A stretch of 53,933 bases of DNA from Acidobacteriota bacterium (GTDB lineage: Bacteria; Acidobacteriota; Vicinamibacteria; Vicinamibacterales; JAENWD01): positions 1-53,933 of the forward strand of contig JBKPSY010000039.1 in assembly GCA_046735235.1 (NCBI GenBank). The letters are read 5' to 3'. Of this stretch, positions 18,779-28,058 are shown one piece after another. Numbering within the stretch: the first letter of the stretch is position 1; each line of letters begins with the position of its first letter. The position numbers and the translations under genes are program-made. The notes below the pieces were generated by a model, which worked only from the letters and a program-made list of their open reading frames with translations, did not search any database and had not been told where the DNA came from.

Positions 18779-19327
18779 CTATGCCTCGTCGAAGAGCATG
18801 TCGGTCGCCGGCAGCCCGTGGGCGCGGCGATGTTCCATGAAGAGCGAACGGTACGAGTCGAGGAGGAAATCGCTCGGCGTGCGTCCGAGCGCGCGCGTGG
18901 CCTCGAGGATGCCGTGCTCGTCGCCCTCGAGCTCCACGAAGACGCCGACCGGCGTCTCGTCGATGGCGATCACCACGTCGGTCAGCGCATATTCTTCACG
19001 ATACTTCTGATAGCGGAACCACACCGCGTACCCGAGCTGCTCGAGACAGCGCAGCAGCGTTTCGCCGTCGCCGACCACTGTTTCGATCTCTTCGCGCAGC
19101 TTCATCGGAGACGGCTGCACGGGGCCCTTGAACGTCAACAGGCTGCGACCCGACTCCACGCGGACGCGCAGCACGCAGCGTCGCTGCTTCAGCGTCTCCT
19201 GCGCGTCATCGAGCAGCGCATCCTCCTGCAGGCGGCGGCAGCGCGACGGCGCGGCGCCGGCCGCGTGCACGGCGGCGCGCGCCTCTTCGGCGGACGCGAA
19301 CCGGAGCTTGACCTCACGCTCGAGCAT
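18779..19327 (-). CDS. CYTH domain protein (CyaB-like class IV adenylyl cyclase / triphosphatase family)
   Basis: MLEREVKLRF (ExExK) at the N-terminus, about 180 aa. ATG 19327 is preferred over the upstream TTG at 19381. Confidence 0.75.
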   Translation of the reverse strand: MLEREVKLRFASAEEARAAVHAAGAAPSRCRRLQEDALLDDAQETLKQRRCVLRVRVESGRSLLTFKGPVQPSPMKLREEIETVVGDGETLLRCLEQLGYAVWFRYQKYREEYALTDVVIAIDETPVGVFVELEGDEHGILEATRALGRTPSDFLLDSYRSLFMEHRRAHGLPATDMLFDEA

Positions 19328-20978
19328 CGTGGGGGTGGCCATAGGCGGCCTTATGTACTCCATCCCGGCCGCCCGTGACAACGGCAGATCGCCGGGAGTG
19401 GCGATTTCGTGAAAGGCCCGGTTTCCGGCGAAGGAAACGGGAAACCGGGCCGAAGGGTAAGTCTTTCTTCAGGGTCAGGAAGATTTCCTGATCTCGCCGC
19501 CAGATGTTCAGGAACGCCGTGCCGCCCGAGCGGACCTTCTGCAGCTCGCGGTTCGCGTCGGCCGCCGACTCTACCTTCTGGCGGTTCACCCGCAGGATCA
19601 CGTCGCCCTCGCCGAGGCCCGCGCGCGCCGCCGGGCCGTTCGGATCGACGTCGACGATGAGCGCCCCGGTCGTGTTCGCCGGCAGCTTCAGGCGACTCGC
19701 CCGCTCCGCGTTGAGGTTGCCGAGCGACATGCCGAAGCCGGCCGTCGCGTCCTCGTTCGGCTGATCCTCGTCGTTGCCGGCGGTCTGCGTCTCCGAGTCG
19801 AGATTCAGTTCTCCGACGGTGACGTTCAGTGTCTTCTCCTGCTTGTCGCGCAGGACCTTCAGCGGCACGGTGGTGCCAGGCTTGGTCGCCATGACCTCCT
19901 GCACCAGGTCGTCGCGCGTCTTCACCGACTTGCCGTTGATCTCCGTGATCACGTCGCCAGGCTCGACGCCCGCCTTGGCGGCGGGCCCGCTGCCGGTCAC
20001 GGTCGCGACGAGCGCGCCCTTGCGCTCTTTGAGGCCGAACTCGTCCAGCGCGTCACGCGGCACGGTCTGCACCTGCACGCCGATCATGCCGCGCGTGATC
20101 TTGCCGCTGCGCAGTTGCGGCAGCAGGCTGCGCACGGTGTTGATTGGCACGGCGAAGCCGATTCCGATGTTGCCCGATTGCTGCGAGCCGGAGTAAATCG
20201 CCGTGTTCATGCCGATGACTTCGCCGCGCACGTTGAGCAGCGGGCCACCGGAGTTGCCCGGATTGATCGCGGCGTCGGTCTGCAGCATGTCGAGCGAACG
20301 GCCGGTGCTGACGGGGAACGGCCGCTTCAGCGCGCTGATGACGCCGACGCTGACGGTGTGCGACAGGTTGAACGGGTTGCCGATCGCCATGACCCAGTCG
20401 CCGGGCTCCATCTGGCTCGAGTCGCCGAACTTCACTTCCGGCAGCAGATGGTCGGGCCTCTCGGTCAGCTCGATGAGCGCGCTGTCCGTCAGCGGATCCC
20501 GGCCAACCACCCGCGCCTTGTAGCGGACGTCGTCGTCCTCGCCGTAGAGCGAGACCTCGACCTTGTCGGCGCCCTCGACGACGTGGTTGTTGGTGAGGAT
20601 GAGGCCTTCCTTCGCGATGATGAAGCCGGTGCCCGCCGCGACGGTGAGCGGCGCGTCGCGCTTCTCCTGCTTGCGCGGCTGCCCGAAGAAGCGCCGCAGC
20701 ATGTCGTCGCCGCCGAAGAACTCCGTCAGCTCCTGTTCGCGCTGATGCGACTCCGTCCGGACGTTCACGACCGCCGGCGACACGGCCTTGGCGATGGTGC
20801 GGAAGGTCACGGCGTCCACCGGGCCCGTAATGGGCGCCGAGTTGGCGACGGGAACCGCGAGCGTCTGGGCGCCGGATTCCGGAGACAGATCCAGCCGCGA
20901 TGCGATCACCATCCCGACGGCCACTGAGGCCACGGCGATGAGCACGCCATAAAACACCGTCGTCTTGCGCGTTGACAT
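19314..20978 (-). CDS. Do/HtrA family serine endopeptidase with two PDZ domains
   Basis: ATG 20978 preceded by GGAGGAAG. TM/signal anchor, TNNHVV, GNSGGPL and two PDZ regions. The last approximately 48 residues look non-native (see findings). Confidence 0.88.
   Translation of the reverse strand: MSTRKTTVFYGVLIAVASVAVGMVIASRLDLSPESGAQTLAVPVANSAPITGPVDAVTFRTIAKAVSPAVVNVRTESHQREQELTEFFGGDDMLRRFFGQPRKQEKRDAPLTVAAGTGFIIAKEGLILTNNHVVEGADKVEVSLYGEDDDVRYKARVVGRDPLTDSALIELTERPDHLLPEVKFGDSSQMEPGDWVMAIGNPFNLSHTVSVGVISALKRPFPVSTGRSLDMLQTDAAINPGNSGGPLLNVRGEVIGMNTAIYSGSQQSGNIGIGFAVPINTVRSLLPQLRSGKITRGMIGVQVQTVPRDALDEFGLKERKGALVATVTGSGPAAKAGVEPGDVITEINGKSVKTRDDLVQEVMATKPGTTVPLKVLRDKQEKTLNVTVGELNLDSETQTAGNDEDQPNEDATAGFGMSLGNLNAERASRLKLPANTTGALIVDVDPNGPAARAGLGEGDVILRVNRQKVESAADANRELQKVRSGGTAFLNIWRRDQEIFLTLKKDLPFGPVSRFLRRKPGLSRNRHSRRSAVVTGGRDGVHKAAYGHPHDARA
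19415..19451 (-). terminator. perfect 12-bp stem-loop (GGCCCGGUUUCC ... GGAAACCGGGCC) followed by UUUC
   Basis: Read directly. It lies just after the conserved end of HtrA, yet inside the htrA ORF as it stands. Confidence 0.5.
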
Positions 20979-21093
20979 TGCTTCCTCCGCAGGGCTGGCC
21001 CTGCCTTCACCGCCGTACAGTGCCCTCGGCACCTCTAAATGGACGTCCTACCGAAGTATGCCGGGTTTCAGCCCGCGGCTTCACCAGCGCTGA

Positions 21094-22275
21094 CTACACA
21101 AGCGGGACGATGGCGGCCTGGGACGGGCCGCTCACCCGTGCTTCGCCGTGCCCGACGTACATGTTCACTTCGGTTCGCACCCCGAAGTGCGGGAAGTAGA
21201 GCCCCGGCTCGACCGTGAACCCCGTGCCCTCGAGCAGCCGGCGGGTGTCGTGCGTCTCGTAGTCGTCCATGTGGACGCCGTTGCCGTGCACGTCGGTGCC
21301 GAGGCTGTGGCCCGTCCGATGCAGCACGTGCGCGCCCAAGCCTGATGCCTGCAGGACCTCGCGCGCGGCGCGGTCCACCTGCCAGCCGCGGAGATCGGCG
21401 CCGTCGCGTGCGCTCCGCTTCACGAGGTCGACCGCCGCGTCACGGGCGCCGGCAATCGCGTCGAACGCGCGGGCGAACTCGTCCGGCACTTGCGCGCCGG
21501 TGAACCCCACCCAGGTGATATCGGCGTAAACGGCGCCGGCCGTCGCCAGCTTGCCCCACAAATCGAGCAGCACCAGCTCGTTCCTGCCGATCCGCCGGCT
21601 TCCTGTCGCGGCCGGCAGATAGTGCGGGTTGCCGGCGTTTTCCATGCTCGCGACGACGGGAAGCGCCTCGCTGAGGAGGCCCTCCTCCCTGAACCAGCCC
21701 CCCATGAGCTGTTGGATCTCGTATTCGCTGGTCGGCGTGTCGGCAGCCAAACGCTCGCGGATGGCCGCGAAGGCGCGATCTTTCACCCGGTACAGCGCGG
21801 CCGAGGCCACCAGGTGCGATTCCAGGGCCGCGGAGTCCCACAGCGCGACGAATCGCTGGACGAGATCGCCCGACGAGACCACTTCGACGCCGCGCTTTCG
21901 GACAGACTCCACGGTGCCGGCATCGACGCGTGCCAGATACGGGATGGCGTTCTCGGGCGAGTATTCCATCGCCACCCGTCCCAGGCCTTCGACGAGGCGG
22001 TCGAGGCCCTGCGCCAGCGCTTCGCGTCCCGCGTACAGCACCTTGTCCCCAGGGAGCGTGTCGAGCGTGTTCGGCTCGATGGCGTGCACGAGCGCGCGCG
22101 GCGATCCGGTGCGCGGGACCATGTAGTACCAGCGCCGAGTCGTCATCTTGCCGCCGCCGTTGAGTCCGGCCAGCGCGCGGGCGATCGGGTTGCTTCCGTG
22201 GAAATCGTAGAGGAGCCAGCCGTCGAGACCGTCCTCGGCGAGCGCCGCCTGCACGGCGGCGATGTCGAGTGCCAT
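21094..22275 (-). CDS. M24 family metallopeptidase (Xaa-Pro aminopeptidase-like)
   Basis: Creatinase-like N-domain plus a pita-bread C-domain (HRTGHSLG ... FTVEPGLY). ATG 22275 (MALDIAA) is preferred over the longer track ORF. Confidence 0.85.
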   Translation of the reverse strand: MALDIAAVQAALAEDGLDGWLLYDFHGSNPIARALAGLNGGGKMTTRRWYYMVPRTGSPRALVHAIEPNTLDTLPGDKVLYAGREALAQGLDRLVEGLGRVAMEYSPENAIPYLARVDAGTVESVRKRGVEVVSSGDLVQRFVALWDSAALESHLVASAALYRVKDRAFAAIRERLAADTPTSEYEIQQLMGGWFREEGLLSEALPVVASMENAGNPHYLPAATGSRRIGRNELVLLDLWGKLATAGAVYADITWVGFTGAQVPDEFARAFDAIAGARDAAVDLVKRSARDGADLRGWQVDRAAREVLQASGLGAHVLHRTGHSLGTDVHGNGVHMDDYETHDTRRLLEGTGFTVEPGLYFPHFGVRTEVNMYVGHGEARVSGPSQAAIVPLV

Positions 22276-22466
22276 GGAATCCAGTATACGTCCGGTCCCG
22301 AGGCCGCGGCCTGCCATCGGGCACGCCTCTGATGCCCGGGACGGCCGCAGGGACGAGCTGAACGTCAGTACGACAGGGCGAGCCAGGGCTGGCCGCGGCC
22401 ATCGGCCGGCGAATCGAATTGGGAAATAATGGATGGCTGCCCCGCGCCCCCGAGCCGATCTCATTT

Positions 22467-24575
22467 ATGTCGAAACGTGTCTCAGGACTCGTAGCCGCCG
22501 TCGTTCTCGCCAGCGTCGCCGCCCTGGCCGCCGGGCAGTCTCCCGCTGGCGGGCCCCCGCCGGACCAGTCCGGCGTCACCTTCAAGGTCGAGGTCAACTA
22601 CGTCGAAGTCGATGCCTCGGTCCTCGATCGGCAGGGACAGTTCGTCTCGGGCCTGAAGCGCGAGGACTTCGACGTCTACGAGGACGGCGTCAAGCAGGAC
22701 ATCTCGGCGTTCACTCAGGTGAACCTGCCGATCGAGAAGCCCGAGCCGCTGCCGCTCCAGGCGACCAAGGCCATTCCGCCCGACGTCGTGACCAACGCGC
22801 GCCCGTTCGACGGGCGCGTCTACGTGATCATCCTCGACGACAAGCAGACCGCCGCGCTGCGCAGCCCGCTGGTGAAGAAGGCGGCCGCGCAGTTCATCAA
22901 CAACTACATGGCGAGCAACGACATCGCCGCCATCGTCACGACCGGCGGGCAGGTGACCGCGACGCAGGAATTCACCAGCAGCAAGGCGCTGCTGCTGCGC
23001 GCGGTGAACAACTTCACCGGCCAGAAGATCCAGTCCGAGACGCAGGCGCGCCTCGATGCCTACCAGAATCAGCAGGCCGTGCCCGTGGGGCCGAGCAACA
23101 ACACGCGGAAGATCGACGATCCGCTCGACATGGAACGCGGCTACGACGCGCGCATGACCCTGGAGACGCTGACGCGCATCTCCGACTGGGTCGCCAGCAT
23201 TCGCGGCCGCCGCAAGGCGATCGTCTTCTTCAGCGAGGGCATCGACTACGACATCTACGACTTCAACAAGCGCGAGGCGTCGACAGTCGTCGAGAAGACG
23301 AAGGACGTCATCGCGTCGGCGACGCGCTCGGACGTGGCGATCTACTCGATCGATCCGCGCGGCCTGACGTCGCTCGCCGACGAGCAGATCGAGGTGTCGG
23401 GCGGGTTCCCGGCCGATCCGAACAGCGGTCTCACCCTGCAGTCGTTCAACGACTCGCTGCGGCAGGCGCAGAACAGCCTGCGGACGCTGTCCGAAGAGAC
23501 CGGCGGCTACGCGGCCGTGAACCAGAACGACTTTACGAACGCCTTCACGCGCGTCGTCAAGGACAACAGCGCCTATTACGTGCTGGGCTACTACCCGAAG
23601 AACGATCGCCGCGACGGCGGGTTCCGGCGCATCGAAGTGAAGATGAAGAAGCCCGGCCTCGAAGTCCACGCGCGGCGCGGCTATTCGGCGCCGCGGGGCA
23701 AGGCGCCCGAGAAGCCGAAGGTGCCGGCCGGGGATCAGACCTCGCCGCAGGTGCGCGAGGCGCTCGACAGCCCGGTGCCGATGTCCGGGATCAAGCTCCA
23801 CGCCTTCGCGGCGCCGTTCAAGGGCACGGCGCCCGACACCGACGTCTCGGTGACGGTCGAAGCAGAGGGCGGCTCGTTCGCGTTCGAGAGCAAGGACGGC
23901 AAGTTCCTCAGCGACCTCGAGGTCTCGACGATTGCCGTGGATTACCAGGGCAAGATTCGTGGCGGCGACCGCAACTTCGTCAACTTCGCCCTGAAGCCGG
24001 AGAACCAGCAGAAGTTCGTCTCGACGGGCGTGCGCGTCGGCACGCGCCTGCACGTGCCGCCGGGACGGTATCAGCTGCGGATCGCGGCGAGGGAAGGCGG
24101 CAGCGGGAAAGTCGGCACGGTCAACTACGACCTCGACGTGCCCGACTTCGCCAAGGACGCCCTGACGATGAGCGGCGTGGCGATCGCCTCGGCGTACCAG
24201 AGCCGCATCGCGACCGTGAAGCTGGATGAAGTGCTCAAGGCCGCGCTTCCTGCGCCGCCGACCGCGCAGCGTGAATTCCCGCGCGGCGACGAGCTGGCGC
24301 TGTTCGCCGAGGTGTACGACAACGACCCGAAGACACCGCACTCGGTGGACATCACCACCATCGTCGTGAGCGAGGACGACAAGACGGTCTTCTCGACCAA
24401 CGAGGAGCGTCAGTCGAGCGAGCTCAACGGCAAGCCGGGCGGCTATGGCCACTCGGCGCGAATCTCGACCAAGGACTTCGCGCCGGGCATCTACCTGCTG
24501 ACAGTGCAGGCGAAGTCGCGCGCCGGGAAGAACCCGCCGTCGGTGTCGCGCACCGTGCAGTTCAGGATCCGCTGA
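22467..24575 (+). CDS. VWA domain protein of the Acidobacteria-type VWFA family (TIGR03436-like)
   Basis: Signal peptide, then the FKVEVNYVEVDASVLDRQGQFVSGLKREDFDVYEDGVKQ N-terminal module and a VWA core (VYVIILDD ... AIVFFSEG). Confidence 0.8.
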   Translation: MSKRVSGLVAAVVLASVAALAAGQSPAGGPPPDQSGVTFKVEVNYVEVDASVLDRQGQFVSGLKREDFDVYEDGVKQDISAFTQVNLPIEKPEPLPLQATKAIPPDVVTNARPFDGRVYVIILDDKQTAALRSPLVKKAAAQFINNYMASNDIAAIVTTGGQVTATQEFTSSKALLLRAVNNFTGQKIQSETQARLDAYQNQQAVPVGPSNNTRKIDDPLDMERGYDARMTLETLTRISDWVASIRGRRKAIVFFSEGIDYDIYDFNKREASTVVEKTKDVIASATRSDVAIYSIDPRGLTSLADEQIEVSGGFPADPNSGLTLQSFNDSLRQAQNSLRTLSEETGGYAAVNQNDFTNAFTRVVKDNSAYYVLGYYPKNDRRDGGFRRIEVKMKKPGLEVHARRGYSAPRGKAPEKPKVPAGDQTSPQVREALDSPVPMSGIKLHAFAAPFKGTAPDTDVSVTVEAEGGSFAFESKDGKFLSDLEVSTIAVDYQGKIRGGDRNFVNFALKPENQQKFVSTGVRVGTRLHVPPGRYQLRIAAREGGSGKVGTVNYDLDVPDFAKDALTMSGVAIASAYQSRIATVKLDEVLKAALPAPPTAQREFPRGDELALFAEVYDNDPKTPHSVDITTIVVSEDDKTVFSTNEERQSSELNGKPGGYGHSARISTKDFAPGIYLLTVQAKSRAGKNPPSVSRTVQFRIR

Positions 24576-24979
24576 TGGCCGATCCGGCGGCGCCGCTCGG
24601 GCCGAACTCGCGCGTGGCGTCGGCCATTGCCTACTCGGCCTGGTGGGCCAGCGGCGCGGCGATCTGGCTGGTCGAGCGCGATCGTCCCGACGTCCGGTTC
24701 CACGGCATGCAGTCGGTGGTCGCGTTCGGCACGGTCTTTCTGGCGTGGCTGACCTGCTGGATGGGCAGCTTCGTCGCGCTGATCGTCTCGGCTGACGGCT
24801 TCTTCGTCCTGCAGCGCGTGGCGCAGGGCATCCTGATTGGCGGGTTCGTCGTGTGGGCGGTGTGTCTCGTGCAGGTGCTGCGCGGCGCCGCGATTCACCT
24901 GCCGTTCTTCGGCGGCGTGGCCGAGCGCCTCGATGCCCGGCTCACATCTCTCCGTTCCAGTCCTCAGGCTCGGGGCTGA
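24575..24979 (+). CDS. DUF4870-like small membrane protein
   Basis: The ATG shares one nt with the VWA stop (TGATG). Three to four TM helices with a WLVERDRPDVRFHGMQS loop. Confidence 0.65.
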   Translation: MADPAAPLGPNSRVASAIAYSAWWASGAAIWLVERDRPDVRFHGMQSVVAFGTVFLAWLTCWMGSFVALIVSADGFFVLQRVAQGILIGGFVVWAVCLVQVLRGAAIHLPFFGGVAERLDARLTSLRSSPQARG

Positions 24980-25403
24980 CCGATCGGAAAATCTCGAGGT
25001 GCCACTTGCCGCCGCCCCAGGGCTCGATGACCTCGGTGGCGATGACGTCGACCAGGATCTCGGCGAACGTCCGCGCTTCGGGATCGCCCTCGAGGTGGTA
25101 CGCGCTCTCGTCCCAGCCGAAGCTCGGATAGAGCACCAGCGACAGGAACAGATCGTACCCGTCGTCGATGACGATGATCTGGCCGCACGGGCGCTTCAGC
25201 GTCGAGTGGTAGACCAGGTACTTCTCGGCGCTGTGCGCGCGGATGTACCGCTTCAGCGCGAACTCCCGCGCGACGATTTCCTCGACCGCGATCTTCTTGT
25301 CCCAGCAGTCGCGGCAGTACTTCTCTTCACCGCGTGGCTCGGACACTTCTTTGGCGCCGCAGAGCGCGCAACGGGTCTTGGCCAGGGCCTTGGTGCGTGA
25401 CAT
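24942..25403 (-). CDS. hypothetical protein with an N-terminal CxxC...CxxC zinc ribbon
   Basis: Strong GC3 bias across 153 codons. CALCG ... CRDCW. I do not recognise the family. Confidence 0.7.
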   Translation of the reverse strand: MSRTKALAKTRCALCGAKEVSEPRGEEKYCRDCWDKKIAVEEIVAREFALKRYIRAHSAEKYLVYHSTLKRPCGQIIVIDDGYDLFLSLVLYPSFGWDESAYHLEGDPEARTFAEILVDVIATEVIEPWGGGKWHLEIFRSVSPEPEDWNGEM

Positions 25404-25413
25404 CTGATCGATC

Positions 25414-27558
25414 CTATCGCGAAATCGGCTGACGCATCGCCGGGCCGTACATCCGGTTCACGTAATCCTTCACCATACGCCGCGTCGAGAAGGCTGGCGT
25501 CACCGAGCGGATCGCCTCCTTCACGACGCGCAGCCACCGCCGGGGAATGCCCGCGTCGTCGCGGTCGTAGAACGTCGGGACAACGTCAGTTTCGAGGAGG
25601 TGATAGAGGGCTTCGGCGTCGGCGGCATCACTGGCGCCTTCGTCGTTGGCGGGGGCGTGGCCTTCGATCAGCCAGCCGTTCCTGCCGGTGTAGCCTTCGG
25701 CCCACCAGCCGTCGCCGATGCTCAGCTGCGGCACGCCGTTCATGCAGGCCTTCATCCCGCTCGTGCCGCTGGCCTCGAGCGGCTTGCGCGGGTTGTTCAG
25801 CCACACGTCGCAGCCCTGCACCAGGAAGTGCGCCACGTGCAGGTCGTAGTCCTCGACGAACGCGATGCGTCCGGCAAACGTCGGGTCGAGCGCCTTCTGA
25901 TACACGCTCTGCAGGAAGTGCTTGCCGCCGTCGTCGGCTGGATGCGCCTTGCCGGCGAAGATGAGCTGTACGGGCCTGCCGGGCTGCGTCAGAATCCGCG
26001 CGAGCCGTTCTGGGTCGCGGAAGATCAGCGCGGGCCGCTTGTAGGTGGCGAACCGGCGCGCGAAGCCAATCGTCAGCACATGGTCGTCGAGTACCGGACC
26101 TGCGGCGAGGACGCGGCCGGCGCCCGCCCGCTCCTCGGACCAGAGTCGGCGCGCTCGCTCGCGGATGAATGCGAAGAGGTGATGGCGGAGTGCCGACCGG
26201 ACGGCCCAGAGCTCTTCGTCCGGGATGTCCATCACCTTGTCCCAGAAGGCCGGGTCGTCGTGGTGGTCGACCCAATCGTGCCCGACGTATTTCTCGAACA
26301 GCCGTGTGATGTCCGTGGACATCCACGTCGGCGCGTGCACGCCGTTGGTGAGTCCGGCGACCGGCACCTTCTCGGGCTCGGTGCCCGGCCAGATTGGCGC
26401 CCACATCGCGCGCGTCACTTCGCCATGCAGCTGGCTCACCGCATTCACGGCCCCGGACGATCGCAGGGCGAGGGCGGTCATGTTGAACTGCGAGCCATTG
26501 CCGTTGTCGTATTCGCCCAGGGTGAGGAACCGGGCGCGATGCTCGCCGAGCGGCCCCCACGCGCTGGCCAAATGCTGTTCGACGAGGTGGAACGGGAATG
26601 CGTCGTGGCCCGCCGGCACCGGAGTGTGGGTCGTGAAGACCGTCGTCTGGCGGACCTCGGCGAGCGCCTCGTCGAAGCTGCGTCCGCGATCGATCTGCTC
26701 GCGGATCCGCTGCAGGACGACGAAGCCGGCGTGGCCTTCGTTGAGGTGATACACGGCCGGGTACTTCCCGAGCGCTCGAAGGGCGCGGACGCCGCCGATG
26801 CCGAGCACGATCTCCTGCTGGACGCGCATCTCTCGGTCGCCTCCATAAAGGCGGGCGGAGAGCTGCCGGTCCCACGGCGCGTTCTCTTCGAGATCCGTGT
26901 CCAGCAGATAGAGCCTCGCGCGGCCGAGCCGGACGCGCCAGACCTGCACGAGCACCGACCGATCGCCGAGCGGCACCGGCACCAGCACCGGCGACCCGTC
27001 GGCCGTCGTCGCCGGCTCGATCGGCGCGTCTTCCCAGTTCAGCTTTTCGTAGCTTTCCTGCTGCCAGCCGTCCGCGGTGAGATGCTGGTGAAAGTACCCC
27101 TGCGGGTACATGAACCCGACACCGATGAGCGGCACTCCGAGGTCGCTGGCCTCCTTGCAGTGATCGCCGGCGAGCACGCCCAGGCCGCCGGCGTAGATCG
27201 GCAGCGACTGGTGCAGCGCGAACTCGGCCGAGAAGTACGCGATCGAGTGCTGGGTCGTCTCGGGGAACGTGCGGCTCCACCAGGTGTTGCTCGCGTGGCG
27301 TGCGGCGTCGAGCCCGGCGATGGCACGGTCGTAACGCTCGACGAATCGGGCATCGGCCGCGGCATTTTCGAGCGTGGCCTGGGGCACGGTCCGCAGCATG
27401 TGCACAGGGTTGTGCGCGGTCTTGCGCCAGAGCGGGTAGTCGAGCGAGCGGAACACTTGGCGCGCGTCGGGGTTCCAGCTCCACCAGAGGTCCAGCGCGA
27501 GTTCACGAAGACGCCCGACGCGATCGGGCAGAGGAGGAAGGTCGGCGTAGCGATCCAT
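25414..27558 (-). CDS. glgP: alpha-glucan phosphorylase (GT35, GlgP-type)
   Basis: 714 aa. LALDLWWSWNP N-terminus and PLP-lysine motif EASGTSGMKA. Confidence 0.92.
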   Translation of the reverse strand: MDRYADLPPLPDRVGRLRELALDLWWSWNPDARQVFRSLDYPLWRKTAHNPVHMLRTVPQATLENAAADARFVERYDRAIAGLDAARHASNTWWSRTFPETTQHSIAYFSAEFALHQSLPIYAGGLGVLAGDHCKEASDLGVPLIGVGFMYPQGYFHQHLTADGWQQESYEKLNWEDAPIEPATTADGSPVLVPVPLGDRSVLVQVWRVRLGRARLYLLDTDLEENAPWDRQLSARLYGGDREMRVQQEIVLGIGGVRALRALGKYPAVYHLNEGHAGFVVLQRIREQIDRGRSFDEALAEVRQTTVFTTHTPVPAGHDAFPFHLVEQHLASAWGPLGEHRARFLTLGEYDNGNGSQFNMTALALRSSGAVNAVSQLHGEVTRAMWAPIWPGTEPEKVPVAGLTNGVHAPTWMSTDITRLFEKYVGHDWVDHHDDPAFWDKVMDIPDEELWAVRSALRHHLFAFIRERARRLWSEERAGAGRVLAAGPVLDDHVLTIGFARRFATYKRPALIFRDPERLARILTQPGRPVQLIFAGKAHPADDGGKHFLQSVYQKALDPTFAGRIAFVEDYDLHVAHFLVQGCDVWLNNPRKPLEASGTSGMKACMNGVPQLSIGDGWWAEGYTGRNGWLIEGHAPANDEGASDAADAEALYHLLETDVVPTFYDRDDAGIPRRWLRVVKEAIRSVTPAFSTRRMVKDYVNRMYGPAMRQPISR

Positions 27559-27602
27559 AAACGACCAGCGTACCCCCCGCCGTCGGGGCTGGTCAACCTG
27601 CG

Positions 27603-27643
27603 GACCGCCGCGTCGCCCGAGGGGATCGGGAGGCGCGGCGGTC
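27603..27643 (-). terminator. nested perfect hairpin GACCGCCGCG ... CGCGGCGGTC with inner CCCGA/TCGGG stem
   Basis: 10-bp plus 5-bp stems read directly, located after the small secreted protein gene. There is no U tract, so the function is uncertain. Confidence 0.4.
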
Positions 27644-27651
27644 GGGAACTG

Positions 27652-27984
27652 CTAGTTCACGCGAACTTCCGCGGCATGCATCGCGCCGCCGCCGAGGTCG
27701 TGGTACTTCACGGTGACCTTTCCGCCGGTCTTGACGATGTCGGTGATTTCCGGGGTCTTGCCCATCGCCTTCGTGTCGGCGGTCTTGTGCGACCCCCCGC
27801 TGGCGACGACTTTCGTCTGCGAGTCCACCTTGAAGGTCCAGTCCTTCTTGGCGCTGTCGGTGATGGTGAGACTGTCGGCGGCGACGGTCTTGACGGTGCC
27901 CTTCGCGGTCATCGTCGTGTCGGCCGCGCGAAGAGGCGCGGCGACCAGAGCGACGATGGCAAGGGCTGCTGCAAAACGCAACAT
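27652..27984 (-). CDS. small secreted hypothetical protein
   Basis: ATG 27984, signal peptide MLRFAAALAIVALVAAPLRAA, and a Lys/Thr-rich beta-type sequence. Confidence 0.6.
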   Translation of the reverse strand: MLRFAAALAIVALVAAPLRAADTTMTAKGTVKTVAADSLTITDSAKKDWTFKVDSQTKVVASGGSHKTADTKAMGKTPEITDIVKTGGKVTVKYHDLGGGAMHAAEVRVN

Positions 27985-28058
27985 ACGGATCCTCCCTGGG
28001 ATGAGCGAACTTATCGGCAATCCTAGTCGGTCCGGCGGGCTACTTCAAGAGAGGCCGT

